A DNA stretch of 64,000 nt from positions 37,510,001-37,574,000 of the forward strand of contig NC_047017.1 in the NCBI RefSeq assembly GCF_902652985.1. The letters are read 5' to 3'. The stretch's first letter is position 1; each line of letters begins with the position of its first letter. The notes beneath the pieces were generated by a model. That model searched no databases, was not told the DNA's origin, and saw only the letters and a program-made list of their open reading frames with translations. The stretch is from Pecten maximus. Its lineage: Eukaryota. Below are positions 56,195 through 64,000 of the stretch, piece by piece. Made by a program: the position numbers and the translations under genes.

Positions 56195-58915
56195 AATTTC
56201 TTTATTGACTGTGGGCCATATTGCCCATTAGCACATATTTCAATATACAAAGTCATAATATACGTGAACAGCAATAGAAATTACAAAGTGGAGAACGAGT
56301 TCAGAGTTTGTACATATAGCCAGGATCTTATTGGCTTCGAAAATAAGATTTGCATATACAATTCACTGACATAAGTTATATTAAATATAAAAGTCTATAC
56401 TTAGTCAAATCATGTACTATTGGTTACATATAATATTGATATAATAACAGTATATTAAAAGCTATGTATTTGATCCAAATGAATGATCTCAACGGTGAGG
56501 GAGATGCGAGAGTGGTTGGGGATACCCCTACCAGAAACTCGCACATCCCCCGTTGAGATCAGGCAGATCTGATTGTATGGTGAAATACTTATGTGTATCA
56601 AGTTAAAATATATGGAGCGAATGTAGGGGAAAGTGAACAAGTTAAAGACATGCGGCTCGAATCTTATTAGCTTCGAAAATAAATTTGCCTAAACGAGTTA
56701 GCTGTTTGATATTATTTACATTCAATAGCTGTATCAATTTAAACATTGAAGGTTTCTGCCAGTAATATTTTTTAATGAGACGACGTCTTAAGTTATTGTA
56801 CATGTTACATTTCAATATAAAATGGTATTCATCCTCTACTTCAGTCGTTGAATTACAAATTATACAATATCTCTTATGTCGATCAATATTCTTGTAGCGG
56901 CCGGTTTCGATTGCTAAAGAATGCGCAGACATACGAATTTTCGATAAACATATTCTGTAATTCATAGGTATATATTTTGTTAAGTAAAATTGAATGGAAA
57001 AATTGTCCACAATATACTGATATAAAAAGCATTTAGAAGACTTTTCTAAGAGATCTCTTAAATATTGCCTAGCTTGATCAAAAATTCTTTGACGTATACA
57101 AGATAAAGTAGCTTTAGAATTATGTGATGATTGGCAGAGCCATACATCACCAAAACCTAAGGAGCAAAGCAGATCCTTTACACATTGTACCCAATTAAAA
57201 CATGACCCAGTGTTCTTAGTTAACAAAAAGTTGTACGCAGTATTTAAAATACAATTTTTCGTGTCAAGTAGTTTGAACCAGTATTTTATTATCCTATATC
57301 TCCTTGTGTATTCTAAAGGGAAACGGCCAAGTTCCCAGTATACCATTGCATTATTTGTAGATTTTTTAACTTTAAGTAATCTCTTACAAAAATGTAAATG
57401 GACCTGTTCAATATCTAACCCTTTGGTCGACCCCCAAACTTCACATGAATAGAATAAAATGCTACTTACATAGGTGTCAAACATACTCAGCATGGTTTTA
57501 CAATTTAGATTCATGTTTACACATTTAGAAAACAAAGCAAACATAGCTTTACGTCCTTGGTCAGACAATTTTTTTTGTACATTCGTGAATTTATTATTGT
57601 ATCTAAAGTTTACGCCAAGATAGGAGAAATCGTCAACACAATCAAGTTTTTTCTCGCGGTAAGGCCATATTTCACAGTTACGGATTTTCCCGCCTTTACG
57701 GAAAACCATAACTTTTGTTTTCTCAATATTAACTGTTAGTTTCCATTTGTCACAATAAGTTGCGAGATTATTTAATAATTCCTGTAAGCCTTCGACAGTT
57801 TCAGAGAACAAGACTAAATCGTCAGCATACAGCATCAGAAATAAGCTTAATTCGCCAAAATCGTAATTTTGGTTACATTTCGATATAAAAAAAGATTCAA
57901 AATCATTTACGTACATGGAAAATAATATCGGCGACAAAGTTTCGCCTTGCATTAAACCAATATTGTTTGAGAAAAAATCAGATAAACAACCTTTAAATTT
58001 GACACAAGATTTAACATTGTTATAAATTGATTTAATTATTTGAAGAAGCTTGCCCCTGACACCTAATTTCGAGAGTTTATACCATAAATTAATTCTGTTC
58101 ACATAGTCAAACGCCTTGCGAAAGTCGACAAAGCAACAATACAAACGTTTATTTTCACTTAAGGATTTAGTAATAATAGAGTGTAAGGCAAAAATCGCAT
58201 CTACAGTGCTTAATCCACTACGAAATCCAAATTGTGCATCTGTAATTGTCTCATAAGTTTCGGACCAACGTATCAATCTTAAATTCAGAATGGACGTAAA
58301 TAGTTTGCCCAAACAACTTAGCAAGCTGATACCTCTAAAATTGTTGGGATCAGTTTTTACACCTTTTTTATGAACAGGAGTTATTATTGCCACAGACCAC
58401 TCGGTTGGGAAGTAACCAGAGTTCAAAATTGAATTAAAAAGTGTACATAAAACAGGCATAATTATTTCTTTTCCAACTAAAAAACATTCGTTCAAAATTC
58501 CATCTATTCCATGTGACTTGCCATGATTTAAATTATTAATAGCCTTCTTAATTTCATCAATACTAATTGGACTGTCTAATTCCTCATATAATGGGACAGT
58601 ATTTTCTTCAGAATCGTGATTACAAAAGGTACCAGTTTCATCACCATCATTGGTGGCTAAACCTTTGAAATGTTCAAACAATGTACTGATATTCATTTCT
58701 GGACCTGATGACTTGGAAGATGAAAACTTTTTATAGAACTGTTTTGGGTTGTACTTCCTTAGGTATTCAAGCATATCCCCTTCAAATCTAATATACATCC
58801 TTTTCTTTGTAAGTTCGGCTAATTTATATAACCTTTTCTTATCAATTAATATTTTATGATTATTTATGGATTTACATCTATTGAAAATATTCAATGCGTT
58901 TTGACACATCATGAC
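56195..58915 (-). mobile_element. 5'-truncated non-LTR retrotransposon (RTEX-like LINE) in the kinesin intron
   Basis: RT ORF lacking the endonuclease; 3' UTR ends in a small hairpin tgggcaatatggccca followed by aataaa. No TSD found. Confidence 0.88.
56642..58912 (-). CDS. LINE ORF2 reverse transcriptase (N-terminally truncated, 756 aa open)
   Basis: NFRGISLLS, QFGFR, FVDFRKAFD, GLMQGETLSP, LYADD; C-terminal HSLAIETGRY..CIIC..EDEYHFILKC zinc-knuckle motif. Confidence 0.93.
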   Translation of the reverse strand: MMCQNALNIFNRCKSINNHKILIDKKRLYKLAELTKKRMYIRFEGDMLEYLRKYNPKQFYKKFSSSKSSGPEMNISTLFEHFKGLATNDGDETGTFCNHDSEENTVPLYEELDSPISIDEIKKAINNLNHGKSHGIDGILNECFLVGKEIIMPVLCTLFNSILNSGYFPTEWSVAIITPVHKKGVKTDPNNFRGISLLSCLGKLFTSILNLRLIRWSETYETITDAQFGFRSGLSTVDAIFALHSIITKSLSENKRLYCCFVDFRKAFDYVNRINLWYKLSKLGVRGKLLQIIKSIYNNVKSCVKFKGCLSDFFSNNIGLMQGETLSPILFSMYVNDFESFFISKCNQNYDFGELSLFLMLYADDLVLFSETVEGLQELLNNLATYCDKWKLTVNIEKTKVMVFRKGGKIRNCEIWPYREKKLDCVDDFSYLGVNFRYNNKFTNVQKKLSDQGRKAMFALFSKCVNMNLNCKTMLSMFDTYVSSILFYSCEVWGSTKGLDIEQVHLHFCKRLLKVKKSTNNAMVYWELGRFPLEYTRRYRIIKYWFKLLDTKNCILNTAYNFLLTKNTGSCFNWVQCVKDLLCSLGFGDVWLCQSSHNSKATLSCIRQRIFDQARQYLRDLLEKSSKCFLYQYIVDNFSIQFYLTKYIPMNYRICLSKIRMSAHSLAIETGRYKNIDRHKRYCIICNSTTEVEDEYHFILKCNMYNNLRRRLIKKYYWQKPSMFKLIQLLNVNNIKQLTRLGKFIFEANKIRAACL

Positions 58916-59349
58916 TATATTTTTTTCTCATTTGATTGATTAAAATTCACTGTATTGAATTTGATTGGTATATATAATGCATTTCTCACTGACAATAAAT
59001 TTAGAGCTTTTGTAAGTATAAATATATATTATGAAAGAGACACCATATATTAGGATTATTTATGTCACACCACATCAATAGATTTTTATGAGGTTTTCCT
59101 AAATTCTTGAAAAGTCAAGTTTTCCCTCAACTAGTACTGTATCAGTATTGACAAATACACAAAGCAAGCAGATGGTTCAGGTCTCTTACTATAAAATATG
59201 TATCATGACTAGAACCATAGACTGACTTGTCGAGAATTGGAAAACCTGGAATAGAATTAGCTGAATTATTCATAAAACATGCAGTGTATCAAAACCCAGA
59301 AAGGTGTTTACCCCTGTCAGCTCTCATCTGTTTGGGAACATAATTAGTA

Positions 59350-60258
59350 GATTAGAATAGCTACGTATACATTGTTAAGTTTTCACCTGTTTGGCCAAGA
59401 TTAGGATAGCTACATTGTTAGTTTTCACCTGTTTGGCCAACATTCGGATAGCTACATTGTTAAGTTTTCACCTGTATGGCCAAGATTAGGATAGCTACAT
59501 TGTTAGTTTTCACCTGTTTGGCCAACATTCGGATAGCTACATTGTTAAGTTTTCACCTGTATGGCCAAGATTAGGATAGCTACATAGTAAAGTTTTCACC
59601 TGTATGGCCAAGATTAGGATAGCTACATTGTAAAGTTTGCACATACCTATCGTCTATATAAAAATGAAATTGGTACAAGTTGCTGTGTTGAAAATGTTAG
59701 AAATAGATATAGAAGAATTTTGTCTAACTTTAAAAATGGTTCTCTGCCATTAGCTATTGGAACGGGTAGATACGTCACGCCTACAATACCTTTACAAGAA
59801 AGGAAATGTCAATATATTGTACATCAAATTGTGTTTAGGATGAAACTCACTTTTTCATTGACTGCGTTTTTTATTCTGATAGTAGACTTAAAATTTTCGA
59901 TAAGGCAGAAGCATTATCACAAAATATTAACTTTTCAAATAGTAAAGATTTTTTATGAAAGAATATCATTGACAAAAAGATGTTGCCAAATAACATTGTT
60001 TTATATGCATTAGCGAAGACAGAACAGTCTAGTAATAGTGTCTCATAAGCCAAATATGGCTGGATAATGATGTATTTTAATGTTTAAATGAAACTATGCC
60101 TATATTCTATGTATAATGTATGTATCGATACATGACACTTTAATAAACGTATCTGAATCTGTATGGCCAAGATTTGGAAAGTTGCATTGTTAGTTTTACC
60201 TGTATGACCAAGATTTGGAAGGTCGCATTGTTAGTTTTACCTGTATGGCCAAGATTAA
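59350..60258. repeat. 42-43-bp minisatellite split by a LINE fragment
   Basis: aagattaggatagctacattgttaagttttcacctgtatggcc units at 59350-59640, resuming at 60160-60258. Confidence 0.88.
59641..60160 (+). mobile_element. 3' fragment of a second RTEX-like LINE
   Basis: TYRLYK..RRILSNFKNGSLPLAIGTGRY..QERKC..DETHFFIDC read across a frameshift; aataaa and a tatctg/aatctg tail. Confidence 0.8.
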
Positions 60259-61999
60259 AAATTGCTTGACCACTTCGTTCTAGATCTCTTGCCATTTTGA
60301 GTGGAGGGTACCTGGTCTCATTTAAACCCCGGACTATTGGAATACTTTCAGTCTGATATTGTTTTCATCTGTCATTGCCTATATAAACAACCAAGTACAT
60401 GATTTTAAATCAATACTATACTGAAAAAAACTTGTTACGACTAATTATAGTCATAGACAGTTGTATAATTATCCTGTGAGACACTTAGTTTAGGTTGAAG
60501 ATTTTAAAACTTGAAGTTGATCCAACTCTGATTTCAATTATGTTAATTCTAATTTGTATGGATGACTATCAGGTGATTTCTTAGCTTTACAAAAATCGTG
60601 GCATGCAGCAATACACAGAGATTTAAGCATAGTGCTGCTTGTTTTAAATAAAACAATCTCAAACCTGATTTGAATGATTTTAAAGTTGTAAGTATCATCT
60701 GTTTTATCAATTGGAATTTCACGAAACTGGGAACAATTGGAGAACCACCTACAATAAAAAAAATTCATAAGAGGTATCGCAACAGTATTTCAATAGACAC
60801 CTATGTCTTAGTTTAAGGGCAACAAGTATAACTTTAAATGTGTGGAGCTCCAGCCTTTACTTATATGACTTATGATATAACCTGTGTCAACATTACAAGT
60901 ACACTTATCACCTCCGTGACAATGAGTGTCACTTTAAGGGCCACCAAGTAATGGGTGTCAATGGTATTGTTTTGGTGGTTTGAGATTGTTTGATTTATCC
61001 CGGAGGTGCTGTTATATATCATCCTTCTATAAATAGCATCAATACCAAAAGATGACTAAAAATATTAATTGCAATTTTAAATTAGACATTTAGATGAAGT
61101 TATCAAGTTTTTCTGTGAACCATTGTACATGTAATACTACTTGTTTTGATGTTAAATTACATGTATACAAACATGTATCTGTAGTGTTTATTAAGTTCTT
61201 TATTCCCTGTAAGTGTGTATAGGTACATTGGATGACAGCCTATCTTGTGTCCATGCAAATTCAAATTCATTTATTATCTCAACACCTATACAGGTATACA
61301 GAGATAGACTACAAAATACAATACATGTAAATTTACAATAATATGAAATTTGGTGAACATGCGTGGATATACAGAGGGATGAAAGTATCATAAAGATGTG
61401 AACTTATATTTGAATTAAAATATCTACTCAGGGGAACATACGAAATTGATTTTTTTGATAAAGTTACATAACTTTTTTAAGGAAGAGAGTCTTTTGGACA
61501 TCATGATATCTTGCAATGAAATTACACTATGTCGGATGATTAATTTTTGAGGTAAAAAACTTCTCCTTTCAATATCTAAGGTTGAACATTCAAAAATATA
61601 GTGATATTCGTCTCCAATATCTCTTTTATGACATTTCTGACAGAGACGTTCTTCCCTCGGTTTATGTCACCAACTTCCAGTTTCAGAAGAATCTTTTGGC
61701 CATTGTACAGCTTGGTTTTGAAGCACAACACAATTGATATATATTTCAAATTCCTAACTACAAGAAAATAGCAGTAAGAATGCTAATAAGCCACCATGGC
61801 TCACAAAATACATTTACTTTGGTAGTGCATCTTCAGATACCACAGATGACAGGACATGTCTGTTATTAGTCCCCTACCAGTGAAACAGTCAGCGCTTCAT
61901 TCCTTGAGGAATTTTCATCAAACTTAATTAACATTGTAAGAAAAACACCTCGGACAAGTTCAACCTTCAGGGTTACTGTTGACCTCCATAGTAAGTTTA

Positions 62000-62406
62000 A
62001 GATGTCAACAAACAGACCTTACTTACGGGGTCTGAGGGCACTGCAAAAGGGGAGCAATTTGACTATTGCTATAAACAACTTCATGTATCTTTGAAACTGT
62101 TGAGTTCCCCACCCCCTAACCATATATACCGTAGTATTGCTGGCCATCAAAAGATATACACATTCATACTGTAAAAATAGGCCTTTGAGTCTTTCCCCAT
62201 CCCTGAAGAATTAGTTCCTTTGTTATATCTTTGAAACCGATGAGATCCCTACCCCATAACCGTATATAGTATTCCTGTGCATCTAAAGATAAACAGATAT
62301 AAAAAATAGGCCCTGGGGTCTTTCTCCACCCTGAAAGATCTTTGCATTGTTCACTCGAACCAACCAGGTGAGGGATATACATTGTAGGCCCTCTGGGCCT
62401 CTTGTT
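62000..62406 (+). mobile_element. 3' fragment of a Helitron/Helentron-like repeat
   Basis: Ends caggtgag..aggccctctgggcctcttgtt; similar to the reverse complement of 24126-24540. Confidence 0.65.
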
Positions 62407-64000
62407 ACAAAATGCAATAGACATCAGTGGCTAATCGGAATGGCCTGTGAGATAATATAGTAATAATAATGAATCTTAAAATATTATCCTATTCATGATA
62501 AAACCAGATTTTCTCTCTAAAAATATTATGTCTATAACAATTTTCTACCTAAAATGACATCAAGTCTTGTATTAGTATAAGCAAATTGTTCAATTATGCC
62601 TTGTTTGTCTTGCTTTGTTGCACAGTTAGTTGGGGAAAAAAACTATTAATTTTTTATCACCAGAATAAGTTAATTAAGAAGATATTTGCATGCTCTTGAA
62701 CATAAAGATTTGTGTAATTTCTAGATGCATTATCATCCATGGTTTTATCTAATAAGAAAATATGATGGGATTTTCAGATGATTAGGTTTTAAATATGATT
62801 GATAACTTCTTTATGATCAGGAATCTACAATATTGTACGAGGTTTACTTCAAAAGATTTAGTGCAAGCTACATGTGTGTAGATGTAACATGGCCTAGGTT
62901 TACATTCAATGCTAAACAAATATGACTGCAACTTTTTTAAGCGGCATTGGAATACTTCCAAGCTACTGTAGAATATTCCTCCTTTGTAGACAGATTCAGT
63001 AAGGGGGGTGTATAGGAATGACAGGAAAGGTCAAGCAGGTGCATTTGGAATCAGTTTACCAGTCTTGTTAAAGTATTGAATGTGTTTTATACAAGTTCTG
63101 ATCAAGAAGGATGATCACATTTCAACTTAGTTAAGAAAGACTATACCATACCCATTATGGAAATAGGACATTTTTAAGTATATACATTGGAGACATTTCC
63201 AGGCTAAAGGTATTCTAGATAAGTATATTAATCCTGGCATCCACTCAAAGCTCATTTATTCTAAAAGTAACATTGAGCCATTTTTGCTATTTCGCATACA
63301 TGGGGCATTATGTTCACCTACGTGAGGCTGTGTGTCAAGTACCAAAAGTAGGTCACTCTGACCTACATTTTGACCTTTGACCTATACCAAAGAAAAACCT
63401 TGTCTATAGGCTTTACCTTCTACACTAATTAGTCACTAGAACTTCATTTTTGGGGCATGAGTTCACATAGGTGGTGTGGTGGGTTCATCTTACTTGGAGC
63501 ATGGGTTCACTTGTTTTGAATTTCTGATATCACCTACAAAAATTAGCGATATTCCTGAATTATTCACATTACTATCACCAAATGCAATTTAAACATGGTG
63601 AGTCCATCAAAAAATATGTGCAGAATTAGTTTCAGCATGAGTTGAAATTCATTAACAATGTATTCTTTGCATATGAATAATTTTACATCCATGGGGGACT
63701 GAAATTCATGGAATTGTCTTCTTTTATCTACTTTCAAACTTACATTGGGTAGGGGTCTCTGATTTCCCAATCCCTGATACTGATATGTGTTACATACTGT
63801 GCCCTAGTACTGTATCTGGTCACATTGTTTGTCATTATAAGATGTTTTAACAAATCTGTTAAAATGGTTCATAAAATAGTTCAGGTATCTAAACATCACT
63901 TGTCAGGTGTGACATTCTGAGAGACTGTTGTTAAATAGGTAGTCAGCACCACCCTTATCATCTAATGGTATTGTATGACCTCAACAGCTCTCTAAATATT

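Overview
AT-rich, intron- and repeat-rich animal genomic DNA; the repeat families suggest a bivalve mollusc. Host genes were reconstructed by hand from GT-AG sites with reading phase checked: (1) EGLN1/PHD2 HIF prolyl hydroxylase, + strand, 5 coding exons, 473 aa; (2) MEA1, - strand, 3 coding exons, 202 aa; (3) PSMC1/Rpt2, + strand, 11 coding exons, 440 aa, head-to-head with MEA1; (4) the first coding exon of a kinesin-3 gene that continues past the window. The most notable accessory element is a complete, apparently intact 6.2-kb ISL2EU-type (PIF/Harbinger-related) transposon in EGLN1 intron 1. It carries two convergent spliced genes: a THAP-DDE transposase, and a SAP-SWIM-YqaJ nuclease whose SAP exon is absent from the ORF track. 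Other elements: a long-TIR element carrying a decayed Ulp1-like protease + PHD finger gene; a 5'-truncated LINE with an intact RT ORF and a 78-nt GC-rich hairpin in its 3' UTR; a fold-back element containing a tRNA-like Pol III cassette; several MITEs, SINEs, Helitron-like fragments and tandem arrays. Family assignments come from motif recognition only; no searches were run.
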